64,000 bases of DNA from NCBI GenBank assembly GCA_027317865.1, contig DAHVQG010000002.1:128001-192000 (forward strand). The letters are read 5' to 3'. A program made the position numbers and the translations under genes. Shown here piece after piece: positions 37,026 through 46,074 of this stretch. The DNA comes from Bdellovibrionales bacterium (GTDB taxonomy: Bacteria > Bdellovibrionota > Bdellovibrionia > Bdellovibrionales > UBA1609). Within the stretch, counting starts at the first letter, position 1; each line of letters starts with the position of its first letter. The notes beneath the pieces are model-generated. The model saw only the letters and a program-made list of their open reading frames with translations. It searched no databases and was not told the origin of the DNA.

Positions 37026-37422
37026 TCGCGCTGCGCTTATCACCTTTCTTTTTACCTTTCACAATTGCGATTTCGACTTTCACGCGACCGTTTTTAAAAT
37101 ACATTTTAAGCGGCACGCATGACATGCCCTTTTCGTTAACCGCGGCCGAAATGCGGCTGATTTCATGCCGATTGAGAAGAAGTTTTCGCAATCGCTCGGG
37201 AGCATGATTATTATACGAACTCGCTTTGTACGGGCTAATGTGCGACTTTTGCAAAAACATTTCGTCACCCACAAAACTGATGTAAGCATCTTTTAGATTG
37301 GCGCCACCTTGCCGCAGCGATTTGACTTCGCTACCCAAAAGCGCGATGCCGGCTTCGTAAGTATCGAAAATATGGTAATCAAATCTCGCCTTGCGATTTT
37401 CAACAATGACTTTAATGCTCAT
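36955..37422 (-). CDS. smpB: SsrA-binding protein
   Basis: NRKARFDY, EAGIALLGSEVKS, RKLLL, DKR. Confidence 0.97.
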   Translation of the reverse strand: MSIKVIVENRKARFDYHIFDTYEAGIALLGSEVKSLRQGGANLKDAYISFVGDEMFLQKSHISPYKASSYNNHAPERLRKLLLNRHEISRISAAVNEKGMSCVPLKMYFKNGRVKVEIAIVKGKKKGDKRSAIKMRDANREMSRALRASSRGHSG

Positions 37423-37423
37423 C

Positions 37424-38266
37424 TCAACCGCCAGCTATTTTGTTAAAAAGAGCCAAATATTGATCCACCGTAAGCTCCTCAGGTCGAGCCGTCTCACTTA
37501 AACCAAACCCTGTCAACAACCCCCTCACTTGCCCCTCGTAGCTTTTTAAATTTTTGACCAAAAGCTTTCGTCGGTATTGAAAGGCCTGTTTGATAAACGC
37601 TAAAAATTTTCGATCAGATGCCACTTCTTTTTTACGCGCAAACTTTAAAACTCGGCTTGAAACATTCGGCTTCGGATAGAAACATTCAGGTGACGCATCG
37701 ACTACCTTTTCTATTGTCCAATAAGCCTGCGCTATAACTGAGAGCAGGCCGTAATCGGCACTACGCGCCGAAGCCACTAATCGATCCGCAACCTCTCTTT
37801 GAAACATGAGTACCATAAACGGAATAGGGAAATCGTCAAAAGACCTTTCCACAACAATCCGCGAAGCGATCTGATATGGGAGGTTACTGACAAGTACAGA
37901 CTTGTTTATTTTTGACGCCCGATCATCTTGTTTTAAGTGTTCGCTCCAATCCATTTTGAGGGCATCATTTTCAATGACATTTTCGCCGCGCGACCGCCAA
38001 TAGGCCGCAAATTTTCGGTCAAATTCAATTAGGATACGGTCCTTTTCTAATTTAATAAGCTCGTCGGTCAACGCGCCTAACCCAGGGCCGATTTCGATGA
38101 TTTGCAGTACCGGTAACGCATTCACGGCCTTTACAATTTGGCTAACCACATATGGGTCGATCAAAAAGTTTTGACCCAGCGCCCGCTTGGGCCGCAGCTC
38201 CAACTCTTGCATCCGCTCAAGCAATTTTTCTTTGAGACTTTTTGTGTGCGCCCCACTGTCATTCAT
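37424..38266 (-). CDS. rsmA: 16S rRNA adenine dimethyltransferase
   Basis: LGQNFL, EIGPGLG, SNLPY, MFQREVA. Confidence 0.96.
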   Translation of the reverse strand: MNDSGAHTKSLKEKLLERMQELELRPKRALGQNFLIDPYVVSQIVKAVNALPVLQIIEIGPGLGALTDELIKLEKDRILIEFDRKFAAYWRSRGENVIENDALKMDWSEHLKQDDRASKINKSVLVSNLPYQIASRIVVERSFDDFPIPFMVLMFQREVADRLVASARSADYGLLSVIAQAYWTIEKVVDASPECFYPKPNVSSRVLKFARKKEVASDRKFLAFIKQAFQYRRKLLVKNLKSYEGQVRGLLTGFGLSETARPEELTVDQYLALFNKIAGG

Positions 38267-39343
38267 CTAGAGTCGCTCATCCAAGCCGCTCAAATTCAAA
38301 TAAAAATCATTTTTTAGTGACGACGCCGAAGGCGCCAGACGCTGATCGGATCGCTCGCCGCGACGTAAACGCCACGCCCCGATCAAACCCACCATAGCCG
38401 CATTATCAGTACAATATTTAAGTGACGGCATAAAAAGTTTGAGACCGTTCTTGCGCGCCCATTTAAGGGCCAACTCACGAAGACGGGAATTGGCGCAAAC
38501 TCCACCCGTGATCACGATATTTTCATAACCCGTTCTCTTTTGCGCCGCCTCAAGTTTCAACATTAGACTTGAAACCACCGCTTCTTGAAAGCTTGCGCAA
38601 AGATTGTATTTTTCATTTTCTAATTCGCTTTTATTGAGCGACTCAACCATTCGAACTGCAGCTGACTTCAGGCCAGAAAAACTAAAATTCAAGTTTTGCG
38701 AGTCTTTCATTGTTATCGGAAAGTCATAGCGCGAAGAATCGCCAAGTTTTGCCATAGCGTCAACCTTTGCGCCGCCCGGAAATCCCAAACCCAGAACTTT
38801 ACCGAATTTATCAAGCGCTTCGCCGGCGGCGTCGTCTACGGTTCTGCCCAGCATTTGATATTCACCTATGCCTCGCACGTCGAACAGTTGAGTATGGCCG
38901 CCGCTCACGGTAAGTGCCAAATACGGAAATTGAACACCGCTTTGCCCAGTTTCTTGGTCAAACAAAAATGGCGCAATGAGGTGCGCTTCTTGGTGATTAA
39001 TGCCGACAAATGGTTTGCTGTAAATGAGCGCAAGAGTTTTCGCCGTGACCACCCCAACGAGTAAAGAGCCAATGAGGCCGGGCCGATTCGTCACCGCAAT
39101 TCCATCGATCTGTTGCCAAGACCAATTTGTCTTTTTTAAAACTTCGTCTAGCAGCGGAAGAATCTGGAGCGTGTGATTGCGACTGGCGATTTCAGGTACA
39201 ACGCCGCCGAACGGTTGATGGACTAAATCTTGATTAGCAGTCAAACAAATAACGACATAACCGTCAGATCGAACTATCGCAATTGAAGTATCATCACAGC
39301 TTGTTTCAATTGCCAGTACGTGTTCGAATCTGGAATCCATCAT
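38267..39343 (-). CDS. tsaD: tRNA t6A37 threonylcarbamoyltransferase
   Basis: IETSCDDT, GGVVPEIASR, HQEAH, VSGGHT, DDAAGE, CTDNAAM. Confidence 0.96.
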   Translation of the reverse strand: MMDSRFEHVLAIETSCDDTSIAIVRSDGYVVICLTANQDLVHQPFGGVVPEIASRNHTLQILPLLDEVLKKTNWSWQQIDGIAVTNRPGLIGSLLVGVVTAKTLALIYSKPFVGINHQEAHLIAPFLFDQETGQSGVQFPYLALTVSGGHTQLFDVRGIGEYQMLGRTVDDAAGEALDKFGKVLGLGFPGGAKVDAMAKLGDSSRYDFPITMKDSQNLNFSFSGLKSAAVRMVESLNKSELENEKYNLCASFQEAVVSSLMLKLEAAQKRTGYENIVITGGVCANSRLRELALKWARKNGLKLFMPSLKYCTDNAAMVGLIGAWRLRRGERSDQRLAPSASSLKNDFYLNLSGLDERL

Positions 39344-40011
39344 TTAAGCGCTTTTAATTTTTCAGCTGCCCGTTTGCCCCACAATGTTTTGGGATATTTT
39401 TGCGCAACTTCAGCGTAAAATGTTTTTGCGTCCGACTTCATCCCCAGTTTAGAGAATGAAAAGCCGATTTTATAGGTCGCTTCGGCGTAATGCAGGCCGT
39501 GCGGATAAATCTGCCGGTACTTTTGAAATTCAACGATAGCTTGTTGCCATTTTTTTTCAGCGAAACTCTGTCGCGCCTCTACAATAACATTTAAGTTGGG
39601 CCGCCTTGGTTCAAATCGTCTTTGCTTGCTGAGCTTGTCATAGCTTGTCCGCAAAGCTTCGATCTCTTGTTGAAGCTGCATGTATTCGGTATCGAGTTTT
39701 GTGAGTTCGCTTTCATAGACTTTATCGTTGCCTTCGATTGTCGTTACTCGTGAGTCAAGAGTCGATAAATCACTCGCATGGTTTGTTTGCATTGTATTTA
39801 CGCTGTTTTCAAGATCTCCGACCCGTCCGCGAAGATGGCGAATTTCTGAGTCAATTTGGTCCATTTGATTAACTTCGTTAGCTTGTTGAATTTGCTGATT
39901 GGTCGGCGGAACCGGCGCCACCGCTTGACGAATCTCACCACGAGTGACCAAACATCCGGATAGTAACCCGGACAACATGATCACTACTGCCATTTTGTAG
40001 ATACTCTTCAT
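39340..40011 (-). CDS. cpoB: Tol-Pal-associated coiled-coil/TPR lipoprotein (CpoB/YbgF-like)
   Basis: Lipobox LSGC, coiled coil, C-terminal TPRs (YP..EATYKIG..KYPKT); downstream of pal. Confidence 0.8.
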   Translation of the reverse strand: MKSIYKMAVVIMLSGLLSGCLVTRGEIRQAVAPVPPTNQQIQQANEVNQMDQIDSEIRHLRGRVGDLENSVNTMQTNHASDLSTLDSRVTTIEGNDKVYESELTKLDTEYMQLQQEIEALRTSYDKLSKQRRFEPRRPNLNVIVEARQSFAEKKWQQAIVEFQKYRQIYPHGLHYAEATYKIGFSFSKLGMKSDAKTFYAEVAQKYPKTLWGKRAAEKLKALK

Positions 40012-40058
40012 TTCTCGCCTCGCTCGCTCATAAGAAAATATCGTTTGCCAGAGGGCAC

Positions 40059-40361
40059 CTAATTCGCGTCACCGTCGTCAGATTTTTTTAACATCGTATA
40101 GTCTTCCGCTTTTTCAGCATATTGTCTGGCCAATGTAAAATCCTTACGAGCATCTGAATACTCGCGGTCACTAAAATTCCGCTGACCCTTAACGTAATAC
40201 TGTTGGGCTTTGATGTACAAGGTCGGAGCGTATTGAGCCGCTTCAGCTGACTTAGCGGCTAAGATTGCCGTGTTAGCTAACACGTATGCACCACGAGGTG
40301 CCGGCCCCACGCACCCTGACAACAAAAATGCTACAAAACCGGTTGTCAGGAGGCGGGTCAT
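40059..40361 (-). CDS. Small helical lipoprotein (DUF4398-like)
   Basis: Lipobox LSGC; AKSAEAAQYAP..A motif; next to pal. Confidence 0.7.
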   Translation of the reverse strand: MTRLLTTGFVAFLLSGCVGPAPRGAYVLANTAILAAKSAEAAQYAPTLYIKAQQYYVKGQRNFSDREYSDARKDFTLARQYAEKAEDYTMLKKSDDGDAN

Positions 40362-40371
40362 AATTAGATTT

Positions 40372-40890
40372 TTAGTCGTTTAGTGGGACAAAGTTAGCGC
40401 GACGATTTTTAGCCCATGCTGCTGGGTTATTGTGCGGGTCAATTGGTTTTTCTTTACCGTAAGAAATAACCGTCAAATGACTGCGGCTAACACCCAATCG
40501 TACAAGGTATGCGCGAACCGATTTTGCTCGACGCTCCCCTAGGGCTAAGTTGTATTCAACCGAACCACGCTGATCGCAATGACCTTCGATTTGAACTGTA
40601 ACTTGGCTGTGATTTTTCATCCACTCGGAGTCTTTGATTAATAGTTTGCGGTTGACCCCTGTAATAGCCGACGAGTTAAACGCAAAATGTATAGTGTAGA
40701 GACCAGGAATTTGACCGCTGTCGCTACCATCAGCAGGAAAGTTAAGCGGTGCTTGCGATATCGCTCCGCCATTTGCGCCCGCGCCGGTACCTTCTTTCAC
40801 CTTTTTGTGGGCACAAGAAACAGTAAATGCCAGGGCGACTGACAAAATGCCATAAATGCCAATTCGACGCAGTTGATGCTGATGTTTCAT
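40372..40890 (-). CDS. pal: Peptidoglycan-associated lipoprotein
   Basis: Lipobox VSC, IEGHCDQRGSVEYNLALGERRA, SYGKEKP, NRRA. Confidence 0.95.
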   Translation of the reverse strand: MKHQHQLRRIGIYGILSVALAFTVSCAHKKVKEGTGAGANGGAISQAPLNFPADGSDSGQIPGLYTIHFAFNSSAITGVNRKLLIKDSEWMKNHSQVTVQIEGHCDQRGSVEYNLALGERRAKSVRAYLVRLGVSRSHLTVISYGKEKPIDPHNNPAAWAKNRRANFVPLND

Positions 40891-41139
40891 TGCAATACTA
40901 CTCCTTAATGATTTTGTTCTTAGTTTTAAATTACAGTGTCACTGTCACAGTTTCGAAAAACGGACCAAAGTTGTCAAAATAATTCGGAACTCGGATGCAT
41001 TCGGTTCGTCGCGGCTCAGAGTCATCCAAAAACGACGAACTGCGACTTTGTACAGCTCTTGCATAACACCTCAAAACCAGAATGCAACGTTACGCGCCGA
41101 AAATTTAATCGGCGCTAAATAAACCGAAAGGAGCTGTAC

Positions 41140-41544
41140 ATGACAGGTCTTAATCGAATCTTTCTTATGGGTTACCTTGGGAGTACTCCTAAAATCGCCA
41201 TCTCAAGCAAGGGGACTCCATACACAACGCTCTCAATTGCGTCGCCTAAGAAAAAAGCGGAAGGCGAGACCGGAAGCGCAGTTGATTGGCACCAAGTACG
41301 AGTTTGGGGTAAACAAAGTGAATTGTGCGCAAAGTTTCTTAACAAAGGCCGCGTTGTGCTAGTTGAAGGATATCTGTCACAGTATGCACTTGAAAATGCG
41401 GGTAAAAAGGAGCGTCGCACCGCCATTAACGCGGTCCGCGTTGATTGGTTGCCGAGAGCACCCGAACGAGATGGTTTGATATCGGAACCGCATTCCGAAC
41501 AATTAGCGCTCGAACCACAAGAAAACGCTTCAGTACAAGCGTAG
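41140..41544 (+). CDS. ssb: Single-stranded DNA-binding protein paralogue
   Basis: NRIFLMGYLG, DWHQVRVWGK, LNKGRVVLVEG OB-fold; no DDDIPF tail. Confidence 0.8.
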   Translation: MTGLNRIFLMGYLGSTPKIAISSKGTPYTTLSIASPKKKAEGETGSAVDWHQVRVWGKQSELCAKFLNKGRVVLVEGYLSQYALENAGKKERRTAINAVRVDWLPRAPERDGLISEPHSEQLALEPQENASVQA

Positions 41545-41663
41545 CTTGACTTTTCGACCGGCGCGTTGAATCCTATGTTTGCGCTCCGCAGCGCAATATG
41601 TGCCAGGCTTAGACATATCGCGAGATACGTCGGTTCGTGGCTACACATAGTGGGGGACAATGC

Positions 41664-42170
41664 ATGAAAGACTTGGGGCTTAACCACCTCGACTGGATTA
41701 AAGATCTGGTGCTCGCCGAGCAGCAAATGGAAGAAACTGGCGTTGTGAATCTCTCAACGGTCGACACAGAATCGCATTTAGAAGAACAAACAATTGAATT
41801 TCTTCGCGACGTGAAGGCCGCCATGGTTGAAGTGGCGGCGACTTTCAATCAGTTAAAAGGCTCAGGTGTCGGTACGCTTAAAATCTACGGCATCTCAAAT
41901 ACCAAAGCCGATTTTATGTTATTTCGAAACGGGTATAAGTTGATTTTTTCGATGCGCCATCCAGGTGAAATCGAAATTTATCACAGCTTGTTGACTTCGC
42001 ATTTTTTAAATCCCGTCGAAGGTGAAGCTCAAGGTCCCGAAAAGGATTTGATTCGAGCGCATTGGGCCGCTTTTGGTGAACTTCAGTGGCACCATAAAAA
42101 TTTGCCCGTACGCATTGATTTTTTAGTTCGGCATTATCTCACGCGATTTATTCACGAGAGTGCTAAATAA
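41664..42170 (+). CDS. Hypothetical cytoplasmic protein
   Basis: Clean ORF with GGGGG RBS before ATG 41664. Confidence 0.75.
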   Translation: MKDLGLNHLDWIKDLVLAEQQMEETGVVNLSTVDTESHLEEQTIEFLRDVKAAMVEVAATFNQLKGSGVGTLKIYGISNTKADFMLFRNGYKLIFSMRHPGEIEIYHSLLTSHFLNPVEGEAQGPEKDLIRAHWAAFGELQWHHKNLPVRIDFLVRHYLTRFIHESAK

Positions 42171-42185
42171 ATCCGCGCCCGTGAC

Positions 42186-42947
42186 TTAGCCTATTCTTGG
42201 GAATTCAACTTTTCGAATTTTTGCCCGCGCGGAGGTAACAATGTGCCGCGCTGATTCGGACACTTGCCGCGCCGATTGTTTAACGGCTTGTACTCGTTCT
42301 TCGGCTTGACGTTTTCGCTCGGCATCGACGCGCTCCAGGTCTTCGGCATGTTTAACCGCCTCGCGAAATTGATTTTCAACACTTTTTAGCGCAGACAAAT
42401 CGGGATTCGGAGTTTGAAAGGTTGTCTCTTTGGGCTTTGCCCATTCCGGTAAGAGTGACGGCTCGAAGGTGAGTTCTTCGCGGTTGATTTTAGCGATGAA
42501 TTCGACTTCACTTCGGGGCAAATCGAGCGCTTGTACAATTTCATCGACCGTTCGCCCATCGTTGGCCATTTTTGCCGCTGTCACGTATTTTTGCGTTTGA
42601 CTTCTTTCAATAATTTCTTCGTGCGGAATTTTGTCTTGAAAAATTTCGGCCACATCAAGGCTCTTTTTCATGGAGTGGTCGATTTTAACGAGGAGTTCTT
42701 CGGCATCAAGAATTTTAGCTTGTAAGTGTTTTGAGCGCTCGTCGATAAACCGGGTGAGGCTTTGCACTTGTTGCTCCGTGCGTTCCGATAAATCTTCAAG
42801 AACGGCAATCTTACTCTGTAAAAGCTGTAATCCACGGGTAAGCCGCGGATCATCTTTAGGTTTACGCGCCTGACGTAACCACAAGATAATCACGGACAAA
42901 ACAAGAAATATTTGAACAGCAATTGCCGGCAAAACCCAAGTCGACAT
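42186..42947 (-). CDS. TM/coiled-coil protein with DUF2802-like HTH
   Basis: N-terminal TM, coiled coil, AAKMANDG..VDEIVQALDLPRSEVEFI. Confidence 0.7.
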   Translation of the reverse strand: MSTWVLPAIAVQIFLVLSVIILWLRQARKPKDDPRLTRGLQLLQSKIAVLEDLSERTEQQVQSLTRFIDERSKHLQAKILDAEELLVKIDHSMKKSLDVAEIFQDKIPHEEIIERSQTQKYVTAAKMANDGRTVDEIVQALDLPRSEVEFIAKINREELTFEPSLLPEWAKPKETTFQTPNPDLSALKSVENQFREAVKHAEDLERVDAERKRQAEERVQAVKQSARQVSESARHIVTSARAKIRKVEFPRIG

Positions 42948-43019
42948 TATTTTTATTTTAGCTCGACTTAGAAGGCATGACCACGCGACTCCGATTTATT
43001 ACGACAAAAGGCGAGCCAT

Positions 43020-44213
43020 TTAGGCTAATTCGGCGACAAAATCTTTGAGACGCGCAAATGCCTCTTTCATACGCGGCTCTTTGAGCGCGTAACTCATACG
43101 AACATAACCTTCGAGACCGAACTCCACGCCCGGCACAACGGCTACTTTTTTGTGGTCAAGCAGTAGTGTTGAAAAATCGCTGGACGTTTTGACGTCTTGA
43201 CCTTTGTACTTGCGGCCCAAAAACTTCGAAATATTGGGCCAAAAATAAAATGCGCCATCCGGTTTGTTTACAGTTAGTCCAGGAATTTTCTCTAGTTCGG
43301 AGAGGCCGAGATCACGTCGAGTTTTTAGCTCTTGAAGCGCCGTTTTAAGTTCTGATGCTCCCTCGTTGATCGCAGTCAGCGTTGCCCACTGTGACACAGT
43401 GGGAGCTTGGCTAACTGACTGCGACTGATAATTTGTCATCGCCTTGATCCACTCCGTTGGTCCAAGCGCCCAGCCGACTCGCCAGCCGGTCATAGCAAAT
43501 GATTTCGATGCGCCATTCATAACTAAAGTTCTTGGCCGCAAATCCGGCGCCGCCTGCAAAATATGAGGCGCGACGGGCGTATCAAAAACCAACCGGTTGT
43601 AAATATCGTCGGATAAAACCAGAACATTTGGAAATTCACGCAAGACTTTAGCCAACTTTTCAAGCTCATCGCGGCTATACATAAGACCAGTTGGGTTACT
43701 GGGGCTGTTAAGAATCAGCATTTTGGTTTTCGCCGTTAAATGGCGACGCAAAAGTTCAGGTGTAAGTTTGAAATTTTCTTTATCTTTGCAAACCGCAAAA
43801 ACCGGACGTCCGCCGGCTAATTCTACCATCACCGGATAGCTCACCCAATACGGCGCCGGAATGATAACTTCGTCCCCTGGGTCAATCGTCGCCTGTATGG
43901 CCGAAAACAAAACAAATTTACCACCCGACGAGACTGTTACATCATTGAGCGAATATTCAAGGCCCAGGTCGCGGCTTGTTTGTTCCGCAATCGCTTTACG
44001 AAGCGCGGGCATTCCACTTGCAGGAGTGTATTTCGATTGACCCTTAACAATGGCATCGATACCGGCACGCTTGGCACACTCAAGTGTATCCCAATCCGGT
44101 TCACCGACAGAAAGCGAAATCACGTCATGGCCCTGAGCCGCAAGTTCTTTTGCCTTTGCCGCAAGCGCAAGGGTCGGAGAAGGCTTTAAATTTTGAGCTC
44201 GTTTTGAAATCAT
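43020..44213 (-). CDS. aspC: PLP-dependent class I/II aminotransferase (aspartate aminotransferase-like)
   Basis: GEPD, PAPYWVSY, NSPSNPTG, DDIY, SKSFAMTGWRVG. Confidence 0.9.
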   Translation of the reverse strand: MISKRAQNLKPSPTLALAAKAKELAAQGHDVISLSVGEPDWDTLECAKRAGIDAIVKGQSKYTPASGMPALRKAIAEQTSRDLGLEYSLNDVTVSSGGKFVLFSAIQATIDPGDEVIIPAPYWVSYPVMVELAGGRPVFAVCKDKENFKLTPELLRRHLTAKTKMLILNSPSNPTGLMYSRDELEKLAKVLREFPNVLVLSDDIYNRLVFDTPVAPHILQAAPDLRPRTLVMNGASKSFAMTGWRVGWALGPTEWIKAMTNYQSQSVSQAPTVSQWATLTAINEGASELKTALQELKTRRDLGLSELEKIPGLTVNKPDGAFYFWPNISKFLGRKYKGQDVKTSSDFSTLLLDHKKVAVVPGVEFGLEGYVRMSYALKEPRMKEAFARLKDFVAELA

Positions 44214-44719
44214 ATATTCCTCACTTTTTCTTTAAGAGCATCGGTCACACATTGAGGCACAAATGCACGTGTTTCACCGCCAAATAATGCCACCTCGCGA
44301 ACAAGAGACGACGATATAAATCCGTGTTCCGCAGACGCCATGATAAAAAATGTTTCAATTTCGGGCCACAGGCGGCGATTGGCGTCGGCCATTGCGTATT
44401 CATATTCCCAATCTGAAACCGTACGCACGCTGCGAGCGATAAGGTGTATGCCTTCACGCTTGGCAAACTCCACTGTAAGTTCGTTTGAACACTGCACATC
44501 AATATGTTTCAAATCGCTGCGGCTACCCGATCTTGCAATTTCGCCTACCGACTTCAAGATCAACTCACGTCGCTCAGTTTGCGAAAAAAAATAATTTTTT
44601 CTCGGCGAATCCGCCACCAGTACAACAACGCGATCAAATAAGTGGGCAAGACGGCCGATCACATCCAAATGCCCCAGAGTGATAGGATCAAAACTACCTG
44701 GATACAATATCGCCTTCAC
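44210..44719 (-). CDS. coaD: Phosphopantetheine adenylyltransferase
   Basis: YPGSFDPITLGH, ISSSLVRE; GTG start 44719 with AGGAG. Confidence 0.94.
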   Translation of the reverse strand: MKAILYPGSFDPITLGHLDVIGRLAHLFDRVVVLVADSPRKNYFFSQTERRELILKSVGEIARSGSRSDLKHIDVQCSNELTVEFAKREGIHLIARSVRTVSDWEYEYAMADANRRLWPEIETFFIMASAEHGFISSSLVREVALFGGETRAFVPQCVTDALKEKVRNI

Positions 44720-45266
44720 CTGACTCCTTTCGATAAAACGATGCTGATTTATCACCGAATGCGCGACGATCCAAGAGATGAAATGAATTGTAATGATCTT
44801 CGATTGGTTCCCGCTTGGCACTTTCGATAACTACAATTGTATTTTTTTTTGCGGCTCGGCTCTGCGCAAGCGCCGTCATACACGCGTCAGCCAGGGCTTC
44901 GGTAAATGGCGGATCAATAAAAATCACCTGAAATGGCTCCCCTGCGTATTCTTTCAAATATTTAAATACATCGCGAGCCACTATTGAAAAGGGTTCGCTG
45001 ACCTGCAATTTATTCAAATTTTCACGAATAATTCGCAGCGAACGCGGATGCGATTCGACAAACTCCACATAAGCCGCCCCACGAGAAAGCGCTTCGATGC
45101 CTAAACTACCGGTACCCGAAAAAAGATCGAGAGCGCGAACTCCTGAAATGTCGCCCCTAAGGATATTAAAAATCGTCTCTTTGACCCGATCGGTTGTCGG
45201 GCGAATATGTGGCGCTTTGAAGCTGACCATTTGACGACCTTTGTACTTGCCGGAGATAATACGCAT
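44694..45266 (-). CDS. rsmD: 16S rRNA m2G966 methyltransferase
   Basis: MRIISG..KGR, RPTTDRVKE, LDLFSGTG, DPPF. Confidence 0.95.
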   Translation of the reverse strand: MRIISGKYKGRQMVSFKAPHIRPTTDRVKETIFNILRGDISGVRALDLFSGTGSLGIEALSRGAAYVEFVESHPRSLRIIRENLNKLQVSEPFSIVARDVFKYLKEYAGEPFQVIFIDPPFTEALADACMTALAQSRAAKKNTIVVIESAKREPIEDHYNSFHLLDRRAFGDKSASFYRKESGEGDIVSR

Positions 45267-45288
45267 TCCAACTCCAAAAAAGTTAAAC

Positions 45289-45678
45289 CTAACGATTTGA
45301 TCGGCGGCGAGTGGCGAGCGCCGCTTGTTTGAGTTTCATAAAATACCGGACAATCGCGACACGGTGTTTTTCTTGGATTCTTTGAAAATGCATTTCTACC
45401 AGTTTTTTGGGAGTCGGCAAAGCTTCGTTCGGCTCTGGCTTTTTTTTGGGAATTCTCCGAAAAAATCCGTCGTAATGTTTTATCGAGCGAACCCTCTCGG
45501 TCAACAATACGTCATCGAGAGTAAATGACACAGTTAAAAAACTGCCGACTTTAAAAGGAATGCGGTCAAGCTCCACCAGTATCCCCACAGTGTTGAGCTG
45601 CATTATAAAACCAGTTAATTTTTGGCTTTCTGTATCGAGCGTGACCGCAATCGGTTCTCTCAGTGCGCGCGAGGCCAT
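45289..45678 (-). CDS. Hypothetical protein, possible PilZ-like beta-barrel
   Basis: RALR..., QLNTVG at the DxSxxG position, terminal helix; motifs degenerate. Confidence 0.55.
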   Translation of the reverse strand: MASRALREPIAVTLDTESQKLTGFIMQLNTVGILVELDRIPFKVGSFLTVSFTLDDVLLTERVRSIKHYDGFFRRIPKKKPEPNEALPTPKKLVEMHFQRIQEKHRVAIVRYFMKLKQAALATRRRSNR

Positions 45679-45702
45679 TTAAAACCGCCTTTTTTCGGTT
45701 TC

Positions 45703-46074
45703 TTAGCTTTTTTGCTGTTTATTTTTCACCAAATTTTCAGCCTGTTCAACTATTTCAAAAATGTTATGAAATGGCTTGGCTAAAAACAAATCGGCACCAA
45801 GCGCCTGAGCGCCTTTGACGTCATATTCACCGGTATACGCCGACATAAGTATGATTCGCGTGCCTGGCGAAGGTGAAATTTTTTGCAACATTTGTGGCCC
45901 CGTCAGCCCCGGCATCAAAACGTCAACGAGGGCTACGTCGAACAATTCTTTTTGCCAAATTGAAAGCCCCTCTTGCCCGTCACAACCGCACCTAACTTCG
46001 TGCCCGCGCGTCTCGAACGCGCGTTTCAGCGACCGACGAATAAGCGCTTCGTCGTCAACAATCAGAACATTCAT
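45703..46074 (-). CDS. Single-domain response regulator
   Basis: LIVDDE, VDVLMPG, MSAY, AKPF. Confidence 0.93.
   Translation of the reverse strand: MNVLIVDDEALIRRSLKRAFETRGHEVRCGCDGQEGLSIWQKELFDVALVDVLMPGLTGPQMLQKISPSPGTRIILMSAYTGEYDVKGAQALGADLFLAKPFHNIFEIVEQAENLVKNKQQKS

Noticed and set aside
36955-37422. tmRNA (ssrA) next to smpB
   Set aside because: Both flanks are fully coding; no tRNA-like ends seen.
41048-41063. sigma54-like TTGTACAGCTCTTGCA before ssb
   Set aside because: TG instead of GG at -24.
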